In this document: positions 11,425 through 25,563 of the stretch, in pieces
Layout of the letters: each line of letters opens with the position of its first letter
How positions within the stretch are numbered: the first letter of the stretch is position 1
NCBI GenBank assembly: GCA_010356995.1
Contig: ML996698.1
Coordinates: 369,923-433,922, forward strand
Length of the DNA: 64,000 nt
Source: Trichodelitschia bisporula
Taxonomy: Eukaryota
Direction of reading: 5' to 3'
Notes under the pieces: model-generated
The model's database searches: none
What the model was told of the DNA's origin: nothing
The model's input: only the letters and a program-made list of their open reading frames with translations
Position numbers and translations under genes: made by a program

Positions 11425-12482
11425 ATGGATATCCGGGTGATGAAACCGTCGGACATACCCCACGTCCAGCAAGCCAATATCACCAATTTGCCGGAGAACT
11501 ACTTCTGCAAGTACTATCTTTACCATGCTCTGACCTGGCCTCAGCTTTCCTATGTTGCTGTCGATGTAAGTATTTTCCTCGTCCTGACTTCCATTTTGTC
11601 TGTGTGGCATACGCACTAGTTTTATCACTTTCGGTATGAGGAGCGATTCAGAAATGGCTTCCGGAGGCTCAAATTGTACACATGACGATCAATGAGTGTG
11701 TAACGCAAGTTTGCAAAGCTTCCAAATAGTAGATTGTGAGGAACACTGAAAGCTTCAATTCCAAAGTTCTTGGCTGCAAGCTGCGATCCTTCCACGGGCA
11801 TATCGGAGACGCTCTGATGTGCTGCGGCCAGTAACCTACTAGCGTGTCGAGTTTGATCCGACTTGATGTCCTTAGGGCTAATGGGAGTCAGGTGTCACGG
11901 CCGCCAAAGACCCCTTACGATCCTCCTAAGATTGTGGGCTATGTTCTAGCCAAAATGGAGGAAGAGCCCTCCGACGGAATCCCGCATGGCCATATCACCA
12001 GTCTCAGTGTGATGCGGACGCATCGGCGCCTTGGTTTGGCGGAGAAGTTGATGAGGCAGAGCCGTATGTCCCTTCCATGAATGTTATCATTAGCCGATGT
12101 GCAGTATGCTTAACCAGGCACAGAACGGGCTATGGCGGAAACGTACGGCGCCAAATACGTGTCTCTGCACGTTCGTGTCTCCAACACAGCTGCTCTGCAC
12201 CTGTACCGGGATACTCTCGGTTTCAACATGGACAAGATCGAAGCGAAGTACTACGCTGATGGCGAAGACGCCAACTGCATGCGCATGGAGTTGTCTCACC
12301 TGAGATTCGAAGCTGAGGAGGAGCGCAAGGGAATCAAGGACCAGGATGAAGGCGATGAGGTCGGGAGTGCTGGCAAGAAAGATGACGACAAGAAAGGGAA
12401 GAAGCGGAGAGTCAAGGTCGGTCGGGTTCTCGGTGTGGGAGATCTTGTTGAGCGCAATGAAAGCTCGGCCAAAGCAGGATGA
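11425..12482 (+). CDS. ARD1: N-terminal acetyltransferase A catalytic subunit Ard1/Naa10, 3 exons
   Basis: MDIRV...[56 protein letters not shown]...[23 protein letters not shown]...VSLHVRVSN...KYYADGEDA. Introns 11566-11891 and about 12064-12123. Confidence 0.96.
11613..11822 (+). ncRNA. Putative intronic box C/D-type snoRNA (atypical, multiple kink-turn motifs) in ARD1 intron 1
   Basis: Box C-like ATGAGGA (11636) and box D CTGA (11814) flank an internal GCG/CGC stem; terminal GCAC/GTGC and TGGC/GCCA stems. Two internal C/D-like pairs: ATGACGA-TCA-ATGA and GTGAGGA-ACA-CTGA. Long stem CGCA.GTTTGCA/TGCAAGCTGCG. The intron is 326 nt versus about 50 nt for most others. Confidence 0.65.
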
Positions 12483-13059
12483 TATTTCACACTCGGCGAC
12501 ACGAAATTGGGGTTTCAAGCCCCAAGTGCCGACATCATGAGCTCAGGGCATAGGTGCTGCACGGCATCACTCTAGCCATGTAATTAACTATTGAGGCGTT
12601 GATGTGGAAATAACAGTGTTCACTTGCTACCACGTAACGACTGCCTGTCCTCCTTTTCCCAAAGGATATTGTGATGAAGAGATCCGTTCCCATGAGCTCT
12701 TTCAGCTTGACCTTGCAAAGGCTCGTCCTCAGCCTTGTAACTTCCGGCCGAGTCCAGGCATTGGTCTGTGTTACTACAGATTTTAAAGGTTTCGGAAGTT
12801 GCAAAAGCTCAACGCTTAGTATATGATATTCCTACTTAAAGATAAGAGTTCCCTGATGCAGCCCCTAATACCAATCTCCTCCCGGTTGAAGCAGCTATGA
12901 TGTTGGTCTATCACGTGCATCCGAATCGGATGCCAAGACCTCGTGCCATCGCGAACCTGCGGCGAAGGCCAAACAATTCCGGTCAACAGCTTCAACGACC
13001 ACGACCACAGCGCCATCAACAGCACCGCGAGAGAGCCGGTTCCATCGAAATCTCCCACT

Positions 13060-14908
13060 ATGGCATCGAGGAAAGATGTCCAAGACATCATGGGCCTGCC
13101 CGCCGGCGACAACGCGGTGAAAAGCGCTGCGCTCCGCCGGCCGAAGGCCCTCCCCGCGCAAAAGCGCGTGAGTGCGTTACCCCATGTTCTCGGTGTATTG
13201 CTTGTATCCTGACTGTTGCAGCTGGCATTAATCGTGAAATCCTCGCCCTCCACGGAGATCGCGCTCCTCCCATTTCCATCGTAGACTCGAAGAAGACATA
13301 TCGGGGAAAGCTGCACCGCGACTATCGCCCGTCCAAATGGTAAAACCATAGAGAAATTGCCGGAGGAGTTATGCTGATGGATCTAGGGAGAGGCGAGCGT
13401 TCATCAACCCTGCGCGGACGGACGGGTTGGTGTTACGACACTGGCAACAACGGAAGGCGCCCAAGCCCACGAACGATGCCATGGATGTTGACGGCCAGAC
13501 GGTGGAAGGTCAAGATCCCGATCAGCCCGAAGAGTCAAAGTTTGCGAAATACAATGTTGAGGTCACAGTTCCGACATACGATGACGCAACATACGATCAA
13601 TACTTGCAGAGCGAGGACTGGTCGAAGGAGGAAACGGACTATATGCTGAATCTAGTCCAGGAGTACAACCAACGATGGCCAGTCATCATAGACCGCTACG
13701 ATTTTCCGAAAAGCAACTCATCACCAAAGAGATCTCGGAACAGTGACGCGCTTGCCAGACCACAAGACAGGGACATGGACGACGCAGAAGAGTCGGGAGG
13801 TCGAACGTTAGAGGACATTAAGGCCCGCTACTACGATATCTACGCCAAAACCATGTCCATCAGCACTGGTGGCCCATTCAACATGAACGAAGCCGAGTTC
13901 CAGCTGCACGAGATGCTCATGAAATACGACCCAGAGACCGAGCGCACGCGCAAGAACCTCGCCTGGATGCTCTGCAAGCGCCCCGCCGAAGAAGTCCGCG
14001 AAGAAGAATACCTCCTCTCTGAGCTCCAGCGCATCATGATGACAGCCCAACGCTTCGAAGCCGAGCGCGCCGAAGTCCGCCAGCGCCTCGAGCCCGTCAA
14101 CGCCCTCGGCTCCGCAGCCGGCACCACCGCCGCCGCAACCGCCTCCTCCTACACCGCCCTCAACCAGCTGTACACGCAACTCGCGACCCAGGACCGCAAC
14201 CGCAAGGCCCGCCACCGCCTCTCCCTCGCCTCGACGGACTTGGCTAATTCCCCCGCCATGCCGAGCGCTGGGCTCGCAACGCCCACAACGGCAACCGGAC
14301 ACCGCGACTCTATCGGTGGGAGCGGCACGAAGAAAGGCGCTGCGCCACCGCCGCAACCTGTGCGCCAGCTGTCCCCGCGGGACGAGGCGCGCTTTGGCGT
14401 CACGACTCATGAGCGTCTGCAGTCTGGTGTGTCGTTCCGCACGGATAAGGTAGTCAAGCTGCGGCAGGCGAAGAGTCAGATCCAGACGCAGAAGATCGGC
14501 GCTGCGTTGACGGAGCTCGGCGTGCCGGAACTCATTTCTCTCCCGACTGCGCGCGTGGTCGAGGCGTTTGAGGGCCTGGTGCAGCGCGTTATCAAGCTGA
14601 TTGAGAGCCGTAAGGTGGTGGAGAAGGAGGAAAATGAGGTGCGGGTTCAGGCGGCGCTGCATAAAGAGTTAGTTCCTGGGGATAAGGAGGGAACGGAGGC
14701 GCCGGAGGGCGAGGCGACGGGTGAAAAGGAGAAGGAAAAAGAGAATGGGAATAAGACTGAGGCGGAGGGTGGAATGGAGGCGCCGCCTGCGGTAGGCGGA
14801 GGGGAAGAGATTCGGCCACCGTCTTCGAAGGGGAATGCGCATAAGAGGAGTGCTAGTGTGTTGAGCGCGGCCAGTGCAGCGAGCAGCAAGCGGAGCCGGA
14901 AGAGGTAG
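13060..14908 (+). CDS. SWC4: SWR1/NuA4 complex subunit Swc4/Eaf2 (DMAP1), 3 exons
   Basis: DVQDIMGLP...GINREILALHGDRAPP...FINPARTDGLVLRHW, SANT domain (WSKEETDYM...RWPVIIDRY...RTLEDIKARYY) and DMAP1 C-terminal region (E.GVPELISLPTARV). Confidence 0.93.
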
Positions 14909-15383
14909 ATTCTGTTTATGGGCATAGCGACGGCGTTCGGTGTTCAACAGTAGTGGGCATAGGAAGCCCCATGGAAGGGCTGGAGACTTTGACAGCCTGT
15001 GCAGCAAGATTAACAAGTGCCGCCTTTGGTGGTTAACGTCTGCTATCGCAATGAGCGCCCTGTCTGAGACGGTGATGTTCCTGTCCATGCTCTAAAGGTG
15101 CAATCACAAATACTCAAGGGGTACAACCAAGCATACTCTGCCGGTGCAACCACGAAGCTAAGTAAGGCGGTGATATCCCTATCGATTTTTAGAGGTGCAA
15201 TCACAAGCTAATGTTCAACACAGCTTTCATCGACACCCACTGCTATTGAAGTTTCATGAAGGCAGTTCATAACTCATTAATCTATGTGCTCCGTCCACCC
15301 AAGCTCCTTCGCATACCCAAAGATAGTGTACAGCCTACATAACCCATGCCCGACAAACAGAATCCCATCATCCCATCAACTGC

Positions 15384-17045
<1,662 letters not shown>

Positions 17046-20000
17046 TATTGTGACTTGGTGGGGATGGACTAAGTGCGATGTCGGTGTTGTGTAGATGTTG
17101 GGAGTTGAGAGGAGGGATGGTGGATGATGGAGAGATTCGGGTCGAGGCAAGCGTCTGGTTTTTATCTCCAAGAGGACCCTCAAGGGACCACAAGGCGGAA
17201 AGGCAAGCTTCCTAGATGGCGCAAAAGAAAGTATCCGGCACGAACTGAATTCGGATGAGGTTTGTCTTCCTTCCGTAGCTGCCGCCTCGTCAGAGGCGCA
17301 CCATTCGTCGACGTCGATCTGAGTCTAGGTAAAGCGAAGGGGGGGAGGAAGAAACAGTGCTAGGCCGGGTGGTGAGAGTTACCACGGCGCTGGATTGGAA
17401 TGGGGTGGTGGCGGACAGACGGACAGGGAGACTGAGATGGTTTGCGATAAGGAATCAACCACATGTTGTAATTGGAGGGAAGGTAGAGCAAGTGCATTGC
17501 CACTGGTCGGCTTGCCACGGCGCCATTTTGGGGCCCTTTAGCAGCTGAAATGACTGATTGCATGTGGGTCTGCGGGCAGATGGTGGAGGGATGGAGGGGT
17601 TTGGAGGGGGTTCAAAGGACGAAAGAGGGGTAGCGGGATGAGGTGGGGGGAAAGGATGGAGTGAAGCAGTGCAATCAGAACACCGAAGGCAAATGGACAA
17701 GGCTGGAAAATCTTCACCACCATTACCGTACTACTCCTGCAAGGCTGATGATCATGACAGCTTATGCTGATTCGCATAGGCCCGTCGGCCGTGGGACGTG
17801 GGGACGTGGGTAAAAGAGAGCAAAGGGTCACGCTTTGTTCTGACATCCTCTGACCTTTGCTTGACGTGTCGATCCCATGGAGCCCAGACCTCACAACACA
17901 ACCTACGCATCACGGCTTGTCAATTGAATACTTTGAAATGAGTGCAATATGGGTAGGGCTGTAGGGGTTGTACTACGTACTGACCCCACCGTCGCGTGCG
18001 AGTTACCCCTCCAACTACCTACGTACTATACCCTTCCATCCCGTATCTTGCGTGTTTACCGCAGTAGGTAGTCTACCGTGGTTCGTACCATAGTAGACAC
18101 CAATGCAAGCCCATCACGATCAGCAAGAAGCAACAGATCAGAACGTCGCCTTTTATTCCCTACTGCATCTGCACTTCTGCATCATCTTTGCATCAACGAG
18201 CAGCATGCTCCAGGCTGGTGGGTTGATCCTCAGTCGTTTGTTTCCCTCCCACTCTGTGACCCCCATGACACCATCATCAATTAATCGCGGACATATGCGC
18301 GCAGAAAACCTTTTCTCGTCGTGCGATTGGTCCATCCGTCCAAGGCTGGAAGAACTCCTGCACGACAGCCACTCTCATGCATCAGAAAAAATATTCTCAT
18401 GCTTCCAGCCTCATGCAACCCCCATCTGCCTCTATCCTCCATGCTCAATGCCTCGCGCGGACCCGAGCGCGGAGTCGGGAGAAAAAGGAGCGGGAGTGGG
18501 GTCCACGAATCGATTTGTCCCTAGAGCGGGTCGCATGAGCGGAGAATGTGTGCTGAAAATGCCTCTCTCACTACGCCTGGACTCCAACGGGACGAGACTC
18601 TGATGGTTGCCGGTGACAACACTTTTTGTTCGCCTGTTACACTAGCTCCCCATCTTCGACATTCTGCGAGCATGTTTAGTTGCATGTTTTTTGGGGGACG
18701 GCCATGCCCGCACCCCACGTTGGAGCAGAGGCCTGGGATTCCATGCATACCACAAGTACGATGGGCCCCGTTGCTGCCTGTGGGTTTGGCCTGCACGCTA
18801 CGCGTTAATAGTTCCGATTGCGCAGGGCATATCCGCGGCGGGGTCGGCCCACCTCACGAAACGCGCCGTCTCTCCGTCACCCGTAGTCGGTTTGCAAGCG
18901 AAATTGCTTGTTGCCGCTTATCGCCTGCATGTGGTGAGAGCAGTTCTACCAGGGGCTGCATCCGCTTCGGAACGACACTGGGGTGCTTTGAGAGGACAGG
19001 AAATGCGGAGCGATCTCGGTGTTCGGGCCCTTGTTCCCCATGGACAGACGGGGAGCAAGAAGGTCGGACGTCACTAGCCGCAACCTTACAAAGCTTTTTC
19101 ATTTTAGACCTTAGGCAATCTGGTCGCCCGATTGCAACCGACGCCGTTTGACGTACCGCCTGGCAGTACTGTACCGTACTGGCTGGCTGCACAGTCAGAT
19201 GCTTTGGGGGGCTAATGCTGCTCTAGCAGCAAACGAGCGACATCGGAGGTGGCGACCGGAGTTGACGCTACACACTGTGTCAGGAGCCGAGTTCGGGCCT
19301 GACCGTTTCTTTGCCGGGTGTTTCTCTCGGGATCTGACCGGAGCAGCGGCGGGGCATTGACAGAACAAAAAGCCCCGAAGCGGGGTTAGTCGGGAACTCT
19401 CGGCGCCCAGCCTCTCGGCCCAGACTTTGCCGCTAGTTATCGATAGCTAATTGCGGGGTGCAATCCCATCAAGGGACGTAGCCCATCGCAGCTCGTTTCA
19501 ATCCAATTCCAAGCACTACTACGTACCGTGGTCAACGTGCCTTAGGGCGAAGCTTTCTGTTTTGGTGCTAGTAATCGGCCGGCGCCTTTAAATGTGCGGA
19601 AGTGGCGTAGATAAGGAAAAGAGGTGAGAGATGCGGTTGAGCAATCCTTTGCGCATTCCATGAGGTCATGAGTGACAAATAGAATCCCCCACGGCATGAG
19701 GATGGTCGAGAATCGAAATGGTCCATGAATCTCGACCCTCAAGTAAGGAGGATGAATACGAGTAATGGAGTTCGTTACAGCACCTCTTTAGAAACAAAAC
19801 TCGAGGCGAGTTCGCCATCCTAGGACATATACCAGACAGGACTCGGGATCGGCATCCAAGCCGGTCGTCAAGACGAGTGATCGAGGATGTCGCTTAGATA
19901 CGCTCGTCGGATCGAAGTCGACTGCGTGCCCCACCGAATGAGGCGGGCAGCCAATCACGTCTCCTCTTGCACAACCACCAAACGTCGCTGTTTTCGTCCC

Positions 20001-20734
20001 CACCTCCAGCCTCGTGTTGTTGATCCACGGAGTATCTGCATTGCTCGTCAGCAGTATCAGCATTGCGCTTGCTCGGTACAACCTGCGGGTTTTCATAGAG
20101 GCTTGACCTAGACGCAAAACTCAGTGGCAGGTAGAAAAAAGCCAAGATGACTGCGCGCTGATGCTGTGGCCTGCACAATATACACTTCCGAACGGCATGC
20201 CGGTCGGATCTCAAAATAGCCGACTGATAGAATCACGAGGATGTACAGTCGATGCATCGGGCGCGAGCGCAGATGGAGATGTGCTGAAAGCGGGAGACCG
20301 GTGACTGTTCGCCACGAGCAGTTTGACATCATTCCAGCTTCCATCCTGGAAACCGGATCATTGCTTTTCAGCCAAAAATCATCGATCGATGATCATCCAA
20401 TCAGAGTTGGATACCGACTTTGTGCGGGTCTGAACAGTGAGGCAAATCACGGCGGTTTGCAGCTTCACTCTCGCGGAGTGGTTCTGACGAAGTCTATATA
20501 CATATGATCGCCGCATTCCCGAGTACCAGGTGCCCCAAACGGCTCAATGAAATACAGAGGCAGACCGATGTTGTGCAAGCATGTGCGGATCCTGGCCGAT
20601 CTTGGAAGTGTCGGCTTGTCAAGCAAGCCTGCATGAATGGGTGGCATTTCCAAGTCACCGTTCCGTGTGCAGCTGGGGCACATCGTTGGGAAGTGGAGGT
20701 ACAGGATCTGTCCAGTCCGTCGGGGATAATCCCC

Positions 20735-21011
20735 CAGGCGCCCACCGCGCATGCCAAAAAGGAAGTGGCACACATGAAGCGCTTCAAACATTGCAGAAAC
20801 TCAGCACAAGGGGATACCGAAAATTCGACCGGCTAGATCAATCCAGAGTCGGACGGATTTCTCCTCAGACTTGAATCCGAGCATTTATTGATCGCTTGTT
20901 GTGAAGCTATCAAAAAGTGCAGCATCGAAGGAATCGTCGGCTTAGTCAAGGAATGTCTTGGCAAGCACTTCGTGTGTGCTACTTCTTTTTGGCACGCGCG
21001 TGTGGCGCCTG
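20735..21011. repeat. Degenerate ~50-bp inverted repeat pair (possible MITE relic)
   Basis: Arm 20735-20784 aligns to the reverse complement of 20963-21011 at 42/50 positions by manual alignment. Confidence 0.7.
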
Positions 21012-24000
21012 CAGCTGGCCGACCTGCCACGTCCAACCGTCTCTCTCAGACGCAACCTCCCGCCGTCCGCGCGTCTGCGGACGTCAGGCGCCATGCGCGA
21101 GGAGCGGCCTCCCAAAAAGACGCCTTTGCCATATCTCAGCCACCAGGGGTGAGACCTGTGCGATGTTCTCGATCGGTCCGCTCGTCGCCGGGGTAGGTGT
21201 ATGAGGCGCATCGCCGTACGCCATGGAAGAGAAGATGGTCATTCGGTGTTGAGTCGGTGATGTTCAGGCGAAAATACGCCAATTGAGGTAGTCGGGATTC
21301 CGTCCACTGGCTGCAAGATCGTATCGCACCTGCTGAACTATTATACAGATCTCTTGCTTCTTTCTGATAGCGGGACGCGGGGTGTGGGCGTTTTTGTTGG
21401 CTTGAGGTGAAGAAGCCGATATGTTGATGCGCCTTGGCAGCAATAAATTCCGGGATTGGCTGGTGAGCCGTAAAGCCAAATCCCACGGCGGTCGACGAAC
21501 CACTGCTTGTGATCCGAGGTGCCTCGCTCTCTTGCGCTTTCGGAAGATGAATGGACCTTCGCGGTGTACCTCCGTAGGGAACATCAAGAACCTTTCACGA
21601 CCGCAACGTGTCGGGCGAGATAGTATGTTAGAATCATAGGGCGAGCTCCACCGGTGGCCGGTACAGGGAGGCTTGAGAATTGGGTACGTGCAACTTGGTA
21701 TGGGGATATCACCCCGCCATGCTCTTGGAGAAGGGAGGAGCAACCTCCGGAACTCGGCCTGACGGCGTCGCGGTGATGGCTTGACGCTCAGACCCCCCGC
21801 TGTGGCCGTGCTTCCCGTCGTTAGCCTGGGCCTTCAACCCTGTACGTACGGTAGTATGGTTAGGGATCGACATGACGTCCACTGTAGATATGCCTGTAAA
21901 CGAATCGATACACACCGTGGCATATGGAACACAACCTGGGGGAATTGCGAGTGCCATGCGCGAACATCGCACGACGAGGTCATCCTGACGGTCACGATGT
22001 CTGCAGATATCAAACGGAGATGGCATTCTACATTCACCTATCACTTGGAATACGACCCTGATCAACTGCTGCCGCGTCACCACGATAATGTCTAGACCTA
22101 ATGGAAAAGGGCCGACGTTCGCTCTCAGCTCCGACGAACAAACGAAGCAGGTGGCGAAGGGTGAAGAATAGGGCGATGAAGGCCTCGACGATCCCCCTCA
22201 AGTGTGCATATCTCTGCTGACGCCGTTCAACACCCTATGGCACCAGCGCGCGAGATGGTGAGGGAAGGTATTGAGGCTTAAGTGAAAGGTGATTTGGGGC
22301 TGAGGCGGTGCACTTGCGCCACAATAAACGCTGACAAAAAGCGGGCTTCGGAAGGGCCGAAAGCCACAGGCCTCGACGGTGATAGGGAGGAGACGGGGCG
22401 GGAAGAGAGTGAGCTCCCAGCATTACACTTGCACGACAGGGGCCTGTGAGATCGAGCGGGGCTGGAGCAGCAAAAAGAAGGCAAAAAGCAATGATAACGA
22501 CTCGACGTTTTGGGATGGAAGAATCCGGGGTAGCAGTAGTTGAAGTGTGGATGTGGATGGGAATACTGAAGGAGTGGACCCGGCTTATTCCATTCTGCAG
22601 CATGCTGTCTGGCTTGTGTATCCATGTTCACAAATCAAAATATGGACAATTGGACTTTTCCACTGTGACTGCGCCACAAGTCACGCAAACGCCGGGTCAT
22701 GAACTGTGAACATTGATCTCAGGAACATTGGCAGACGATGCTGCGATGAGACTGGTCAACCTGCGGCCAATGGCTGCTTGAAATCTACCACAATCTTGAA
22801 GTTTATCTAGTCGTGCTAACCACTTGCGCTCTAGTTCTAGGAGGAAGACAGATTGGATGGGACACTGGTATAGGCCTGGGTTTTTTACGTCCTTTATCTT
22901 TTATGGCTCCCTTACCAAAAAATCGAAGGGAGAACCGTCAGTCATTCGTTTTATATGGAGTCTTAATGTTAAGTAACAAAACTGTAACAAACGCCACAAA
23001 TTGCCTGATTAGCACTAGCTTCATGCCAAGCACAAATCATCTCTTTGTTATATATATACTATACAGACGGTGTGCCACAATTGCGCCACAAATCAATAAC
23101 GATCAATCAACTACATCACTTATCGTAGTTGATGACTGCGTTATGACCCGCCAAGAGCATGTCAAGCTTAGCGCCAAGAATCAATCACGATCAATTATAG
23201 CCAGGCCTACACTGGTATAGCGCAAAGCCCATCAAAGTACGGAGTTACTCCGTATGAAGTCCCATGTCTTACAACACCAGGATCTGGCCGAATTTGGGGG
23301 CTTTATTTTGAGTGTTGAGCCGGTAACCTTACCTTCATTATTCCTCCCAAGATCGCGGGTTCTATGTTTGGCGAAGGTGCGATCGCGCTGCCTCTGAAGG
23401 AACTGGACGGCAATTGCTGCACATCACTCGTCAATGGATGTCGTATCGCCTTGACCACAGTTGATAAACAGATCCTAGCAAAGACGCACATCCTAATCCC
23501 CATTCCTACCCTCCCCCTCCTCTCCCCCACCGCCACCTACACCCGTTTTGCACCCTCCCTCCCCGCCTCCTCCGAATCCCCGCATGCTGGAACCCGGGGC
23601 CGGTGGACGATGAAGATGCTCCATGCCTTTCCGCTTCTCGTATCCTGTCCCATGAGCCAAGGATGAGGCGCGCGAGGCGCGCGAGGCCCGAGTTCCTGGA
23701 TTGAAGACCTTGTACCTCCTGCGGCCCTGGGGCGTGTTGCTGCTGCGCCTGCATGGATGGCGCGCAGGTGCGCAGCCCCGCCTTCTTCCTTTCCTTTCTT
23801 TTTCCTTTCTTTTGGTCTCCGATATCTCCTCTTCTCGCATCGCTTTGGCCAGAGACTTTCAGGAAAAGGCGAGGGAAGAGGCAGTGAGTGGTAGAAGGAG
23901 CTGACTCTCTACTCGCTTACGAGAATACTCGTCATCAGTCTCCTGAAGATCCTCTTGCCTCGCATACGGCATGCAGTAGGCTGGAAAAATAATCACCCTC

Positions 24001-24654
24001 AATGGCAAAACATCAACGGCTCCCCCAGCGAGATGTTGACTTCGGTCTGCTGTCGTCCCTCACTAGCCACTACCGTACCCATGCATTTCGTAATCACTAG
24101 ACCATCCGCTGAAGCACACTATCCTCCCCCTACTGCCCACTATCGCCCACTTGGCTCTATGTTCCTGACGGTGGGGGATCCGCAGTCGCTTGCCTCGTCC
24201 CCCCCGTGCGGAGCCTCAGATCCTGATATATAGGATAGCCGCGAAGAGTTGTGATGATGATATCGTCGACCTCCCCAACCCGGTTTCCCTTTCCCTTCAT
24301 CTGACCAGTAAACCAACCGTCCTGGCCTTTCTACTCATCTCCCTTCCTTCCTTCCACCACCCTAGCTTGCACTTCCGCGGAGCATCATCCTTCCCTCGTC
24401 ATCCCCCAGCGCTCAGGTGCGCTTAACTCGACGCCAGCCTTGCTAAATCCCACGCGCCTATTCGCCCAAGCCAGCTCTTGCCGTCGCAGATCGCTCCTCT
24501 TGCAGGAAACAAGCACCCCAGGCACCCCACCGTCCACCTTCTGGCCAACGACGTCCATAAACGCCAGCTGAAAAGACGGACACAGACGAAAAAAGTATTC
24601 AAATAACCGAAAAAGGAAACGCAGGCGTGCATCCCTCATTGCTCATACTCGAAA

Positions 24655-25563
24655 ATGGCGTACAATGGCCTGCCAAATGGATCGGGACCGGACCAAAATT
24701 CTTTCTCTCATAACCTCCACAACCACTTCCCCACGTCGCCCAACTCCTCCACCGCTCACAACCAACAATCCCGCCATCAACATCAACAACATCATCATCA
24801 AGCAACTCGCCCTTTCGGCCCCTCTTTCCACGGCGCAGCCTTCGCTTGCTTCATGAGCGACTCCCCGAATTTCGACATCTTCGAATGGCACCCGGCGTAC
24901 GTAAGCTGCCAGACCTACTTCCTCAACCACGCGCAGCACGAGCCCGTCGTGCAGTCCCTCGCTGCGCTCATCAACATCTGCCTCCCCTACCAGTGGCCCG
25001 CGAACCCCATCTTCAATGCCCAGGCTGGGGCCCAGGCCCCCACGAGCACCTACTCTCCCGCTTCCCATGCTGGCATGGGTACGACTGGGACCGGGTACTC
25101 ATCACCGTACCAGCCACGCGGCCCGACGCAGCCGCTTGGTAGCTCGACGAATAGCTCGCGCAACCCAGGCTCCGGCAGAAGCCCGTTTGTCTCGCTGGTA
25201 CCGTACATTCGGCGGCTGGTGGTAACGGGGTTCGACGGCGACGGCATACTGCACGGCTTCTTCGGTGACGACTGGCGCAAGGGTGTGGGGCCGTTGCAAG
25301 AGTGCGAGCGGCGCAATTACCTCTTCGCAGCGAAGAGTGTTGGCTGGGCCAAGGTCAAATACCAATACGACATGTCGCCAAATGAGAGCGTGCCGTTCCT
25401 CAAACCGCTGCAGAACGTGCAGTTGGCCGAGATTGAGAATGCGGAGAAGACGTGGAGCCAATGGCTTATGATGGAGGACTGGATGGTCGGACCGCGTGCG
25501 CCGATGGAGGAGACGGGCGACCCATCGGCACGTCGCGACGATGGGACGAGGGGTATGCTATGA
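24655..25563 (+). CDS. Conserved fungal hypothetical protein (family often auto-annotated 'ILP is an apoptosis inhibitor')
   Basis: Intronless 302-aa ORF with FDIFEWHP..SCQ.YFL.HAQ, FVSLVPYIRRLVVTGFD, FFGDDWRKGVGPLQECERRNYLFAAKS and WSQWLMMEDWMVGPRAP. Confidence 0.85.
   Translation: MAYNGLPNGSGPDQNSFSHNLHNHFPTSPNSSTAHNQQSRHQHQQHHHQATRPFGPSFHGAAFACFMSDSPNFDIFEWHPAYVSCQTYFLNHAQHEPVVQSLAALINICLPYQWPANPIFNAQAGAQAPTSTYSPASHAGMGTTGTGYSSPYQPRGPTQPLGSSTNSSRNPGSGRSPFVSLVPYIRRLVVTGFDGDGILHGFFGDDWRKGVGPLQECERRNYLFAAKSVGWAKVKYQYDMSPNESVPFLKPLQNVQLAEIENAEKTWSQWLMMEDWMVGPRAPMEETGDPSARRDDGTRGML

Noticed and set aside
12671..12695. Box C (GTGATGA) followed by AAGAGATCCGTT, complementary to the 5.8S rRNA 5' region
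   Set aside because: No suitably placed box D or terminal stem, and 12-nt rRNA matches are expected by chance in 64 kb.
18078..22709. Many 60-200 aa ORFs in the gdhA upstream region
   Set aside because: No recognisable domains, no coherent exon chain, and overlapping frames on both strands.
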